A DNA stretch of 64,000 nt. Source: Promethearchaeota archaeon (GTDB taxonomy: Archaea > Asgardarchaeota > Lokiarchaeia > Sigyniarchaeales > SOKP01). The stretch lies in assembly GCA_016839555.1 (NCBI GenBank), contig JAEOUA010000010.1:160001-224000 (forward strand). Direction: 5' to 3'. Made by a program: the position numbers and the translations under genes. Below, in pieces: positions 41,831 to 52,504 of this stretch (positions are counted from its first letter, which is position 1; every line of letters starts with the position of its first letter). Below the pieces are notes generated by a model. The model worked only from the letters and a program-made list of their open reading frames with translations, was not told where the DNA came from and searched no databases.

Positions 41831-44599
41831 TTAGATAAAAATAGTAGATTTTTCTTCATCCGTAATATCCTCAATTTCTCGAGGCTCTCCTCTTTCTAGG
41901 AAGAAGGGATCTATTATTGCAGAGATTTGATCGAAATCATAATGTCGAGCGGTAATCGCCTTCAACCTACAAACTGCAGCGCATCGCCCGCATCCTTTAC
42001 AAATAGCAGGATTGATATACGCTTTTTTCATATCCATACTTATTTCTTCAAATTCTTTTTTCACATCTACAAGTGAAATTGCTTTAAATTGGCACGCTTC
42101 TTCACATCTTCCGCAACCATTACATTTCTCCGTATCAACAATCATATCCTTAAAATGGCATTCAATTGAAAGCAAGAATGAAAGGAATTTCAATTTATTT
42201 GTAGAAACTTGTTCTAAACTTAAGAATCTGCTTGCTCTCGCTGCTGCCCCCTTGGCTTGTGAAATGGAATCTTGAATATTTTTTGGCCATTGAGCGCATC
42301 CGCATAAGAATAAGCCATGGTTTTCAAAATCTAAAGGTCGTAATTTTGCGTGAGCTTCAACAAAAAATCCATCATCATTTATGGATACATTTAACATATC
42401 TGCTAGAGAATCTAAATCATTAGATGGCACCATGGGAGCTGATAATATGATAAGGTCTGTACCAAATTCAAGAAAATGCTCCGGATTATGATAATCTCTT
42501 AATTTAATCGTATATCTTTCAGGATCATCTCCAGTTTTAATAATTTCAGGGATATTTTGAGGATTATATCTTACAAAATTTGCGGTTTTATTGTTTTCAT
42601 TGAAAAAGTCTTCAAAATCTTTTTTCGCTGTATGCAGATCTCTATAAAATACTAACATTTGAAGATCGGGTTTGATCTTTTCTAATATATTAATATTTTT
42701 GATAGTGTTGCTACAACATATATTTGAACAATATGAAATTCCACCTTCATGTCGTGCTCCTACACACATTATGGTAGTAACGTGATGAATGTCTTTTAAC
42801 CACTCATAAGAACCTGTTTTGAGTTTTTGTTCTAATTCTAATTGAGTTATAATATTTTTATTTCCCTCACCGTAGGAATAGAGACCTTTTGGCTTATATT
42901 CTTGACCCCCTGTCGCAATGATAACGGTTCCAACATTTAATTCTAGCGGTTCTGGTTTGGAATTATTGACAAAAGCTACATAATTCCCAATTGAACCAGA
43001 TATTTGTTCAATCTTAGAATCTAATAGAACTTCAATATTAGTATTGTTTATGATTTTTTCTTTAATATTTTCTAAAAATTTGCTTGCTTTCTCTTCAATG
43101 GGATAAATTACATTCAGATTCTTTAAAATCCCTCCTAAACTTTCAGTTTTTTCTACGATATACGTTTTATATCCTTGGTTTGCAATATTTAGTGCTGCCG
43201 TCATTCCTGAAATACCTCCCCCAATTACCAATGCTGAAGGAGTAATTTCGATAATCTCTTCTTTTTTAGTAAGATCAATCTGTTTTCTTTTGATTTGAGT
43301 ATACTTAACTGAACTTAATAAATTAGCGATTTGTGAGGCTACTGCGCTCGCATCTGCAACCGTCTCAGAAATGTCCATCGGACTCTGACAATACCCACAT
43401 AAATAAATTCCATCCTTAGAAGAAAGTGATTTATCAAAGTAAGATCTTTCTTGATAGAAGCCGTATTTATCTAATTTAATTCCTAAAATTTTTGCTAATT
43501 TTTTTGTACCTGCAGAATATACAAGTGGAGCAGCTAATACAACCATATTCGCGAGAAATTCCTTTTTTTCACCAGTACCTAGATCTTTATAATTTATAAT
43601 TAAATCTTTTGATTTTGGAATTTCTTTAATATCATAGATTTTTGCTTGAAAATAGGTTACATTATGTTGCTTTTGAGCTTCTTTAGCATATTCATAGAAA
43701 TTCTTGCCAAATGCTCTAAATTTATGTCTGAATATATAAGGTTTTATATCTTCAGAATATAAATTTGTCCAAACAGCTTGATTTGCAGTATACATGCAGC
43801 AGACTCGGGAACAATAAGGGACACTTTCTTCCACATCAATTGATCCCGCACATTGGATGAAAGCAACTTTTTTCGGCTGTGTTTCATCACTTATTCTTAA
43901 TATTTGGGGACCAAATGGTCCTGTAGTACATAAAATTCTTTCATATTCTAAAGCATTGACAACATTTTTATATTGATATCCCCATCTTTCAGTCAATTCC
44001 TCCCCTAACATATCAAAACCAGTAGCAACCACTATTGCTCCCACTTCTATTTGAATCTCTTCTGGTTTTTGATCAAAATTAATAGCATCTCCTTTACATA
44101 CTTTTTTACATACTCCACATACTTGCCGGTTTATATATAAACATAAATTTGGATCTATTACATAAACAGGTGGTGTTGCTTGGGGAAAAGGAATATAAAT
44201 AGATTTTCTTTTACCTAGATTCATATCATATGGATTAGGTGCCTCTATTTTGGGACATTTAGCCGCACAATCCCCACATCCTTTGCATTTAGTCTCATCC
44301 ACATAACGAGGCTTCTTTTCTATAGTGACTTTAAAATTTCCTACTTCCCCTTTTACCTTTTTTACATTAGATAACGTAAATAATTTAATATTCGGATTGC
44401 GAAAAACTGCGATCATTTTTGGAGAAAGAGTGCATAATGCGCAATCATCATTTGGAAAAAGTTTCTCTAATTGAGCCACATGTCCTCCTATTGATGGTTT
44501 CCTTTCTACTAAATATACTTTAAATCCTAAATCTACTAAATCCAAGGAGGTTTGAATTCCTCCAATACCACCTCCAATTACTAATACAGAACCAATCAT
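41831..44599 (-). CDS. hdrA: Heterodisulfide reductase subunit A-like polyferredoxin flavoprotein (shortened duplicate of 44991..48458)
   Basis: Two GGG(I)xG FAD sites, CKGCGDCAAKCP, YCSRVCCMY, CSNICC, C-terminal 2x[4Fe-4S]; no MvhD domain. Confidence 0.88.
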   Translation of the reverse strand: MIGSVLVIGGGIGGIQTSLDLVDLGFKVYLVERKPSIGGHVAQLEKLFPNDDCALCTLSPKMIAVFRNPNIKLFTLSNVKKVKGEVGNFKVTIEKKPRYVDETKCKGCGDCAAKCPKIEAPNPYDMNLGKRKSIYIPFPQATPPVYVIDPNLCLYINRQVCGVCKKVCKGDAINFDQKPEEIQIEVGAIVVATGFDMLGEELTERWGYQYKNVVNALEYERILCTTGPFGPQILRISDETQPKKVAFIQCAGSIDVEESVPYCSRVCCMYTANQAVWTNLYSEDIKPYIFRHKFRAFGKNFYEYAKEAQKQHNVTYFQAKIYDIKEIPKSKDLIINYKDLGTGEKKEFLANMVVLAAPLVYSAGTKKLAKILGIKLDKYGFYQERSYFDKSLSSKDGIYLCGYCQSPMDISETVADASAVASQIANLLSSVKYTQIKRKQIDLTKKEEIIEITPSALVIGGGISGMTAALNIANQGYKTYIVEKTESLGGILKNLNVIYPIEEKASKFLENIKEKIINNTNIEVLLDSKIEQISGSIGNYVAFVNNSKPEPLELNVGTVIIATGGQEYKPKGLYSYGEGNKNIITQLELEQKLKTGSYEWLKDIHHVTTIMCVGARHEGGISYCSNICCSNTIKNINILEKIKPDLQMLVFYRDLHTAKKDFEDFFNENNKTANFVRYNPQNIPEIIKTGDDPERYTIKLRDYHNPEHFLEFGTDLIILSAPMVPSNDLDSLADMLNVSINDDGFFVEAHAKLRPLDFENHGLFLCGCAQWPKNIQDSISQAKGAAARASRFLSLEQVSTNKLKFLSFLLSIECHFKDMIVDTEKCNGCGRCEEACQFKAISLVDVKKEFEEISMDMKKAYINPAICKGCGRCAAVCRLKAITARHYDFDQISAIIDPFFLERGEPREIEDITDEEKSTIFI

Positions 44600-44990
44600 T
44601 TTTTAATATATCACTTTTATAATTCAAATGAAAATTATTTTGGAAAAAATATTCTTAACATCAATTAATTACTTTCTACTATTTAAATGTATCGTAAATA
44701 AATTTCGAAAAAAATAAAAAATAAAAAGAAAAGTGATCATATTAATTCATAAAATAGTATTAAGATCTCGTAATACAACAAGATCACTTCGAAATATTAG
44801 CAATAACTAACAAAAGTATTGAATTCTGATATTTAATAATTATTCATTATTGAATTCAAAAATTATGAATAAATGTTTTTTTAAAATATTAAATAATTCT
44901 CTCTAAGATTATTGTTTTAAAAAATAAGATAATAAAAACTTAAAGAAAGTATGAAAAGTGATAAATTAAAAAATGCAATTTTTTGGTTTT

Positions 44991-47900
44991 TTACTTGGTT
45001 AAAGGACCTAATTCCTTAACTTGATTAGTAAATTCTGTAATTAATTCAGCAAAACGCTTTCCTTCAGAAGCACTTACCCATTCAAGTCTAAGGCGCTTTT
45101 TGTCAATACCTAATTGCTCAATAATAATATTGTGAAGTTTTTCAAATCTTTCTTGTGCATATTCATTGCCAGAAATATAATGACAATCGCCAATATGGCA
45201 TCCACTTATAAGTACTCCATCCGCGCCGTCCTTGAATGCCTTCAAAATGAATGAGGGATCAACCCTTCCCGAACACATTACTCTTACAATCCTCATGTTT
45301 GGAGGATATTGAAACCTTGAAACGCCTGCTAAGTCAGCTCCCGCGTAAGAACACCAATTACAGCAAAAAACAAGAATTTCAGGATTGAAATATGAGTCAA
45401 TCATGGCGGAAATCTGCCCGAATTCAAACTGTCTGATCGTTATAGCACCATTTGGACAAGTCGCTGCGCATGTACCACAGCCCTTGCATAATGCGGGGTT
45501 TATGAACGATTTTTTTGTAGAAATATTGACTTCTTCAAATTCTTTAATAGAGGGGACCAGCTCTATTGCATTATATGGGCAGACGCTTTCGCATTTTCCA
45601 CAGCCAATACAATTCGTGGGATTAACTTCAGCAACTACCCCAGAGGTTTGAATTTCTTTTGCATTTAAAAAACGACTGGCTCTTCCCGCCGCACCATTTG
45701 CTTGCGAGATGGAATCTCGAATATTTTTTGGCCATTGAGCGCATCCGCATAAGAAGATTCCATCAGTTGCAAAATCTAATGGTCTTAATTTTACATGAGC
45801 TTCCAAGAAAAATCCATGCTCGTCTAAAGGTACCTTTAGCATTTTAGCTAATTCTATATTATCATATGGAACCATTGGAGTGGAAAGAACGATTAAATCA
45901 GTTTCAAATTTAAGTTTATCATGTAAATTTGTATCATATACTTCAATTTCATATTTTTCTGGTTTCTTTTTCTTTTTTTTAACTTTTGGTAAATTATCCA
46001 AATCATATCTAAGAAACATAGCATCTTTTCTGCGATTACGGTAGTATTCTTCATATTCTTTTTTGGCCATTTGAATATCTCTATAAAGTAAAACGATCTC
46101 AAGCTCTGGTTTTAGCTCTTTAAGATAATTTATGTTTTTTATGGCATTACCACAACACACATTAGAACAATAAGTAATTCCTTCTTTTTGCCGAGCATTT
46201 ACGCATAATATTGTTGTTATTCTATCGATATCATCCAGCCAAGAATAATCTTTTGATCTTAATTTCTGTTCAAGTTCTAATTGAGTTATCACATTATTAT
46301 TTCCCTGTTTATATTCAAATATCCCATGTGGCTTATGTTCTTTGGTCCCTGTCGCAACTATTATTGTGCCAATTTTTAACTCATGGATTTTATCTTTTGA
46401 ATCAATGATAGAGACATCATAATTTCCAATGTAGCCTTTTACTTCTTTTAATTGTGATCCGAGAAAAATTTCAATATTTTCATTATTTTCAATTTTTAAT
46501 TTTGTTTCATTTAAAAGATCTATCGCATCATATTCAATAGGATATAAAGAGTTTAAAAATTTCAAATTTCCTCCAAGATTCTTTTCTTTTTCAACCAGAA
46601 ATGCCTTAAATCCTTGGTTTGCAATGCTTAAAGCAGCTGTCATTCCTGAGATCCCCCCTCCAATTATTAATGCGCTAGGAGTTATTTGGATAAGTTCTTC
46701 TTTAAGGGGTTTTAATAATCTAGCTTTTGCGACTGCCATTCGTATAAGATCTTTAGCTTTTTGAGTTGCTGCCTCACGCTCATTCATATGAACCCAGCTA
46801 CACTGATCGCGAATATTAACCATCTCGAAGAGATATTTATTTAAGCCTGCTTCCTGACAAGTTTCCTGAAATAAGGCTTCATGGGTTCTTGGGGTACAAG
46901 ATGCAACAATAAAACGATTTAAATCATATTCTTGAATTACTTCCTTAATTCTCGCTTGAGAATCAGAACTGCAAGAATATAAATTATCTTCACAAAATAC
47001 CACATTAGGCAAAGTTTTTATATATTCCGCTACATTGGGGACTTCTACATATTTTCCAATATTAATCCCACAATGACAAATTAAAACTCCGATTCTTGGC
47101 TCATCTGTAATTTTTACTTCTTTTTCTTCTACTTCAATTTCTTTTTCTTTTAATTGGGTATAAGCAACGGAATTTAAAAAGGAAGCTACTTGAGATGCTA
47201 CCCCACTGGAATCAGCAACGGTTTCTGGAATATCCATTGGTCCCTCGCAAAATCCGCATAGAAAAATTCCATCTCGAGAGGATAATGATTTATTAAAATA
47301 AGACCTTTCATGAAAAAATCCATATTTATCTAATTCAATGCCTAATATTTTTCCTAATTCTCTAGTACCATGAGATGGTACTAAAGGGGTTGCTAAAACT
47401 ATTAAATTTGCCCGAAATTGTTGAAATTCTCCTGTTTTAAGATCTTCATAGTTTATTAAGATATCATTAGTTTTAGAATCTTCCTCAATAAAACTTATCT
47501 TCGTTTGAAAATATTCAACCCCATATTCTTCTTGGGCTCGTTGCGTAAATTCATAGAAATTTTTTCCATAAGCTCTAATATCATGTCGAAAGACATAACA
47601 TTTAGACTTTTCTGAATGCTCCTTAGTAATGATTGCTTCTTTTGCAGTATACATACAACAAACGCTGGAACAATAAGGTATACCTTCATGTAAATCTCGA
47701 GATCCCGCACATTGGATGAATGCTATCTTTTCTGGTTCCTTATGATCACTTGGTCTTAATACATGCCCTTCGAAGGGTCCGGAAGCGCAAAGAATTCTTT
47801 CATATTCTAATGCAGACACTACATTTTCATATTGATAACCCCATCGGTGTGATAATTCTTCTCCAAGCATATCAAATCCAGTAGCTACTACTATTGCACC

Positions 47901-48458
47901 TACTTTTATATCAAATATCTGAGGCTTCTGGTCAAAATCAATAGCTTCTGCTTTACAAACTTTACTACATACTCCACATACATCTTTAGTTAGCTTTAAA
48001 CATAATTCAGGATCTATTACATAAACTGGCGGTACTGCTTGGGGAAAAGGAATATAGATCGATTTTCGCTTTCCAAGATTCATATCAAAAAGATTAGGAA
48101 CCTCTATCTTCGGGCATTTTGCTGCGCAATCGCCACATCCCTTACATTTTGTTTCATCCACATAGCGCGGCTTTTTTAAGATTGATACTGTAAAATCTCC
48201 TGCTTTACCTTTTACTTCTTTAACTTCATGATAAGTTAAAAGCTCAATATTCTGATTACGAAAAACTTCCACCATTTTTGGCGCCAGAATACAGAGTGAG
48301 CAGTCATTTGTGGGGAATGTTTTGTCAAGTTGAGCCATTCGTCCCCCAATAGAAGGAGATTTCTCTACTAAATATACTTTAAAACCTAATTCAGTCAAAT
48401 CTAAAGAAGTTTGAATCCCAGCTATGCCACCACCTATAACCAGTACCGAGCCTTCCAT
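44991..48458 (-). CDS. hdrA: Large HdrA (double HdrA/HdrL-type) fused to C-terminal MvhD, all-Cys form
   Basis: DKTFPTNDCSLCILAPK, ICHCGINI, ASCTPRTHE, NIRDQCSW; MvhD tail FCCNWCSY, MCSGRV, GCHIGDCHY, WVSASEG. Confidence 0.93.
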   Translation of the reverse strand: MEGSVLVIGGGIAGIQTSLDLTELGFKVYLVEKSPSIGGRMAQLDKTFPTNDCSLCILAPKMVEVFRNQNIELLTYHEVKEVKGKAGDFTVSILKKPRYVDETKCKGCGDCAAKCPKIEVPNLFDMNLGKRKSIYIPFPQAVPPVYVIDPELCLKLTKDVCGVCSKVCKAEAIDFDQKPQIFDIKVGAIVVATGFDMLGEELSHRWGYQYENVVSALEYERILCASGPFEGHVLRPSDHKEPEKIAFIQCAGSRDLHEGIPYCSSVCCMYTAKEAIITKEHSEKSKCYVFRHDIRAYGKNFYEFTQRAQEEYGVEYFQTKISFIEEDSKTNDILINYEDLKTGEFQQFRANLIVLATPLVPSHGTRELGKILGIELDKYGFFHERSYFNKSLSSRDGIFLCGFCEGPMDIPETVADSSGVASQVASFLNSVAYTQLKEKEIEVEEKEVKITDEPRIGVLICHCGINIGKYVEVPNVAEYIKTLPNVVFCEDNLYSCSSDSQARIKEVIQEYDLNRFIVASCTPRTHEALFQETCQEAGLNKYLFEMVNIRDQCSWVHMNEREAATQKAKDLIRMAVAKARLLKPLKEELIQITPSALIIGGGISGMTAALSIANQGFKAFLVEKEKNLGGNLKFLNSLYPIEYDAIDLLNETKLKIENNENIEIFLGSQLKEVKGYIGNYDVSIIDSKDKIHELKIGTIIVATGTKEHKPHGIFEYKQGNNNVITQLELEQKLRSKDYSWLDDIDRITTILCVNARQKEGITYCSNVCCGNAIKNINYLKELKPELEIVLLYRDIQMAKKEYEEYYRNRRKDAMFLRYDLDNLPKVKKKKKKPEKYEIEVYDTNLHDKLKFETDLIVLSTPMVPYDNIELAKMLKVPLDEHGFFLEAHVKLRPLDFATDGIFLCGCAQWPKNIRDSISQANGAAGRASRFLNAKEIQTSGVVAEVNPTNCIGCGKCESVCPYNAIELVPSIKEFEEVNISTKKSFINPALCKGCGTCAATCPNGAITIRQFEFGQISAMIDSYFNPEILVFCCNWCSYAGADLAGVSRFQYPPNMRIVRVMCSGRVDPSFILKAFKDGADGVLISGCHIGDCHYISGNEYAQERFEKLHNIIIEQLGIDKKRLRLEWVSASEGKRFAELITEFTNQVKELGPLTK

Positions 48459-48461
48459 TAT

Positions 48462-49691
48462 TTATTTTACCTCGATATGTTTTATGATAAATTCAATAAA
48501 ATCCATAATCTTCACATCAGCTAAATCAGGAAAATCATTCTGAACACAAGTTAGATGAATATTACACTTTGGACATGATGTTAACATGAGGCTGGCAACT
48601 TCTTTTGCTTCTAACATTCTTTTATATCGTAATGCTTTAGATTTTTCATTACAATTCATCCAACAACTCACACCACAACATAACGAATTTTTTTGATTGT
48701 GCACCATCTCTTTGAAATCATATCCTAAAGTTTTAAAAGCATTAAAAATTTCTCTTGATTTTTCTATAATTTTATTTTCTTTTGGCAAAAATCTGCTTAA
48801 GCGACAAGGATCATGAAAAGTGAATTGAATTTTTTCTTCTTTTTCATTAGGATGGGCAAATTCAATCGTCTCGTTTTTCCAATTATCATATACATATTCA
48901 ATTATATGTTTTACTTCATATTTTTCTTCAAAATCATCAAAAATTTGAGTATAATCCACTTTGAAGGTCCTATAGCATTCTGCACATGCAGTAATAATGG
49001 TTGAAACTTGGGCCTCCTCGAATTTTTTTAAATTCTTTTTTCCTAACTCTATAAATTCATCGATCTCACCTTGCCCCCAATAAATATCATGTCCACAACA
49101 CATCTCATCCTCTAACACAACAATGGGATTATCTTCGACTTTGCATAATAATTGTAAAGTACTAATCGCTATTTCATCTAATCCTTGAAATTCAAATTTA
49201 AAAAAAGGTAAGCACCCCACAAAATACAATATTTCTCCTTTTTGAGATGTTTTACACTCTTTTGGGATCCAACTTAGATCTCTCTTTGGGCGAATAGAAT
49301 ATTGGCTCATAATTTCAGGAATAGAAGTATAAATGCCTTTATGAGCAATCAATTCTTCGGGATTTTGTTCCTCTTCTTTTCTCATTTTATATCGTGCAAT
49401 TCGAACCACATCAGCAAAATTAATTTCCATAGGACAATTTTGCAGGCAGCTGTTGCACGTCAAGCAATCCCATAAGACTTTACTTTTAAGTACTTTTTCT
49501 TCAAAACCTTCTAAAATAAGTTGGATTATTCTACTTGGCGGATATTTCTCAACTTTACTTAATTGACACACACTACTACAGCGTCCGCATTGATAACATT
49601 TTTTTAATAAATCTCTTAACTCAGAACTATATACTTTCTTTTTGAAAACAATGTCTTGCTCTTTGTCTGTAATTTTTTTTGACTCGGTTAT
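48462..49691 (-). CDS. HdrC/HdrD-like Fe-S oxidoreductase with CCG domains; probable ATA start at 49691
   Basis: The in-frame extension restores CYQCGRCSSVC, which the 49571 call cuts; CLTCNSCLQNCP, CCG, HDPC, CCG, CPKC. Confidence 0.85.
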   Translation of the reverse strand: MTESKKITDKEQDIVFKKKVYSSELRDLLKKCYQCGRCSSVCQLSKVEKYPPSRIIQLILEGFEEKVLKSKVLWDCLTCNSCLQNCPMEINFADVVRIARYKMRKEEEQNPEELIAHKGIYTSIPEIMSQYSIRPKRDLSWIPKECKTSQKGEILYFVGCLPFFKFEFQGLDEIAISTLQLLCKVEDNPIVVLEDEMCCGHDIYWGQGEIDEFIELGKKNLKKFEEAQVSTIITACAECYRTFKVDYTQIFDDFEEKYEVKHIIEYVYDNWKNETIEFAHPNEKEEKIQFTFHDPCRLSRFLPKENKIIEKSREIFNAFKTLGYDFKEMVHNQKNSLCCGVSCWMNCNEKSKALRYKRMLEAKEVASLMLTSCPKCNIHLTCVQNDFPDLADVKIMDFIEFIIKHIEVK

Positions 49692-49693
49692 TC

Positions 49694-50836
49694 TTACTCA
49701 CGCCCTAATTTATAATTGTCTTGAATCCCCATTTTTTTTAAAAATTCTAAATAACGCTTAATTTTATTTTTCGCAAAATTATTAATAAGATCCCTCATTT
49801 TTTCTTGTTTAGCTTCCCCCAAGTCCACACAATCAAAAATATCGCTTTCTTTTGCTTTAGTAAATATTTTTTGTCCTTTCTCTGTTCGTGGGATCACAGT
49901 TGTAAATTTATCTTGAGAACCTAATCCCCCAAAAGAAATATCGGCATATATATTTGTAAAATCACTACATGCGTTACATGCAGTCCGCATATAATCATTT
50001 AAATGATTAAATGGTAGATGGATTGTTCTTTTGTTGTTGTCCTCATCGTGTATCTTGAAGATTAAATCTTCTTTAATATTTATCTTTTCTACCTGTTTTA
50101 AATTTATATTAAAATCTTTTTGGAATTTCTCAATTTGAGCTTTTTCAAAAAAGAAATTTTCATAACAAAATAATCCTAAACATACTTCAATATTTTGTGA
50201 AGGAGTAACTCCTAAAGCTTGCATACATCTTATGGTATATATTTGACAAGGAGTCCCCACCACAGCTAATTTTTTAAATTTATAATGATTTAATTTTGGG
50301 ATGGAATGCGTATAAGTAGAGAACTTCTGAACCTCATTCAATTGAGTAGAAATATCTAAAGTGGCTCCAGAAGCTTTAATTAAATCCTCTTTATTATAGG
50401 CAATTGCGGATTCCCTTGAAAAAGGGCTCTCCATTTTTGCCACAATCGCACCATCAATAATATTTTCTTCAATTAAAAAATTAATTAATGAATTTACAAC
50501 TCCTCCATCTGTACCAACTTCTAAAAATTTACTGTCTTTAGATTGACAGGAATATATTTTGTCGTAATGTCCGATTGGCATTTCATGAAAATCTAAACTT
50601 TTATAGGTAGTATCAAGTTCTTCATGCAGATAATGGGTTTGGGGGCAGATCACGTAGCAAATCCCACATTCGAGACATTTATCTTTATTAATATATTCTG
50701 GAGGAGCATTAGGTTTTGTAAAACCTATAACATCATATTCTGCCGAGCTGCAGAAGGAAACGCACCCTCCACATTCTTGGCAAATACCTTTATCATGAAC
50801 TTCAGTAATTAAATCTTCAAAAGTTTTTGGACTCAT
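49694..50836 (-). CDS. Coenzyme F420 hydrogenase/dehydrogenase beta subunit (FrhB/FdhB/FpoF family)
   Basis: 2x[4Fe-4S] N-terminus, DGGVV, VVGTPCQ, GLFC, CNACSD, ADISFG. Confidence 0.9.
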   Translation of the reverse strand: MSPKTFEDLITEVHDKGICQECGGCVSFCSSAEYDVIGFTKPNAPPEYINKDKCLECGICYVICPQTHYLHEELDTTYKSLDFHEMPIGHYDKIYSCQSKDSKFLEVGTDGGVVNSLINFLIEENIIDGAIVAKMESPFSRESAIAYNKEDLIKASGATLDISTQLNEVQKFSTYTHSIPKLNHYKFKKLAVVGTPCQIYTIRCMQALGVTPSQNIEVCLGLFCYENFFFEKAQIEKFQKDFNINLKQVEKINIKEDLIFKIHDEDNNKRTIHLPFNHLNDYMRTACNACSDFTNIYADISFGGLGSQDKFTTVIPRTEKGQKIFTKAKESDIFDCVDLGEAKQEKMRDLINNFAKNKIKRYLEFLKKMGIQDNYKLGRE

Positions 50837-50853
50837 AATAAAATAAGATTTTT

Positions 50854-52362
50854 TTATTCATTTTTATTTAATTCAATAGATTTTGCTTTATTTCTTTTAC
50901 TTCCACCAATTCTTTCTACAAGGAATTGCCCAGGTTTAACTTCTGTTAGTTTTTTAAATTCTATTAACCCCGCTTTTACTGCCCCCTGAAATATTTCTTC
51001 TCCCGCCTTAGATCGTATAATAACTGCAGATGATCCACCAGGTGCTCCAATTGATCCCACAGAAATGTCTGCATATTCTGAGGTTAAATCATCACAATAG
51101 TGACAAGTATCGCGAGCATAAGACTGAACATCTTTAAGTGGAACATTTTTTTCCTCTCCGTTTTTTAGATTAATAATAAATTTCCCACTATCAATATTCA
51201 TCTTGGTTAGATTGTTAATGTCTTCATTGAACTGTTCTCTTACTAGTTTAATGATATTGTCGTAAGAAAAACTTTCCATGCAGAATAATCCTATGCGATA
51301 TGTTATATTTTTAAAGAATGGAAGGCCACTGGGAAATAATTCCCCTTTTACAAGAGCGTTCATCATACAAGGAACTCCAACAAGTGCTATCCGCTCATAA
51401 TTTTTTGCTTTTTCGAGGATATTTAATGAGGGAGCGTTCGCATATTTTGTACCCGCCGTTTTATATAAGTCTTTTACATCATCTACAATTACCGGTTCTG
51501 GTTTCCATAATTTATCTGAATGTTGTACGGCAACAATCGCATCGACAAGATTATTTTTAAGCAAATATTCGAGCAAAGAAGTAACAATCCCACCGTCCTG
51601 CCTAACCTCCTTGATTTCATCCTTAGTAGTAGTGCCAGAATAAGTTTTTAGATATGCACCTATTTTTTCCGAAAATGTCAGTGAATTATCAAGCTTTTTT
51701 ATGGTTTCATATGCTCTATTCATTGAGAAAGAGCGAGGGCAAACGGTAAAACATAGGCCGCATTTCATACATTTGTCTTCATCTAATTCAAGATGATCCG
51801 CGGTAACATTGATCGCATTCACCGGACAGATTGCCGAACAAAACCCGCAATTAACACATACCCCCACCTCATCAATTATTGACACAGGTTCAAAATAATG
51901 TTCTTTGAGATCCATCTCAGTATCTTTGGCTTTATATCGATAAAAATACTCCTTTTCCTCTACGACTTTTTCTTCCCCTTTAATTGTTTTCTTTACCTTC
52001 TTGGTTTTTACTTCAACTTGCTCTTCTACATATCCTTGTTCTTTTAAATAGATTACATCTCTTATTACATTTTCTGGTGGAATATCTTTAAATTCCTTGA
52101 CAATTTCCTCTAAAAATAATGCTTCATCGATATTTTTCATTTTTTTCAGGATATATCTGCGCTCTGTTTCAGCATCAATCATGGAATCTAAAATTTCGTA
52201 ATATTCCTGTTCTGTATATTTACTACATTCTAAAATCTCATCCTTGGCCTCAAAAAAAGCTCGAATTTGAAAATTCATTGATGCTTCAAAGGTAGCGTCT
52301 AATAGATCTTTCGGGGATATTTTTTCGAATACCTTTTTATCCACTTGTTGTAGCATTACCAT
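50854..52362 (-). CDS. FrhB-family protein with N-terminal helical/winged-HTH-like extension
   Basis: CVNCGFCSAICP, CMKCGLCFTVCP, QDGGIVT, GVPC, GLFCME, CHYCDD, ADISVG; about 160-aa N-terminal domain. Confidence 0.88.
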   Translation of the reverse strand: MVMLQQVDKKVFEKISPKDLLDATFEASMNFQIRAFFEAKDEILECSKYTEQEYYEILDSMIDAETERRYILKKMKNIDEALFLEEIVKEFKDIPPENVIRDVIYLKEQGYVEEQVEVKTKKVKKTIKGEEKVVEEKEYFYRYKAKDTEMDLKEHYFEPVSIIDEVGVCVNCGFCSAICPVNAINVTADHLELDEDKCMKCGLCFTVCPRSFSMNRAYETIKKLDNSLTFSEKIGAYLKTYSGTTTKDEIKEVRQDGGIVTSLLEYLLKNNLVDAIVAVQHSDKLWKPEPVIVDDVKDLYKTAGTKYANAPSLNILEKAKNYERIALVGVPCMMNALVKGELFPSGLPFFKNITYRIGLFCMESFSYDNIIKLVREQFNEDINNLTKMNIDSGKFIINLKNGEEKNVPLKDVQSYARDTCHYCDDLTSEYADISVGSIGAPGGSSAVIIRSKAGEEIFQGAVKAGLIEFKKLTEVKPGQFLVERIGGSKRNKAKSIELNKNE

Positions 52363-52429
52363 TTTTACTTCTTTTTTCCTTTTTTAACTATTTCATTCAA
52401 CACATTTTTAAAATTATAATTATTTTTTA

Positions 52430-52503
52430 CATCCTCCCACCACGCTAAGGTTAGTCCTTTTGTACCTACAATTTTTATACAAAACTCATTCTTTTAGAGG
52501 ATG
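52430..52503 (-). promoter_or_regulatory. Eukaryote-like SECIS element in the 3' UTR of Sec-mvhD
   Basis: mRNA CAUCCUCUAAAAGA-AUGA-G-UUUUGUAU-AAAAAUUGUAG-GUACAAAA-G-GA-C...GAGGAUG: lower stem CAUCCUC/GAGGAUG, AUGA..GA kink-turn core, 8-bp upper stem, apical AAA. Confidence 0.9.
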
Positions 52504-52504
52504 G

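Noticed and set aside
49698-49700. In-frame TGA upstream of hdrC/D as Sec read-through
   Set aside because: It lies within the frhB coding end in another frame, not at a Cys-homologous position
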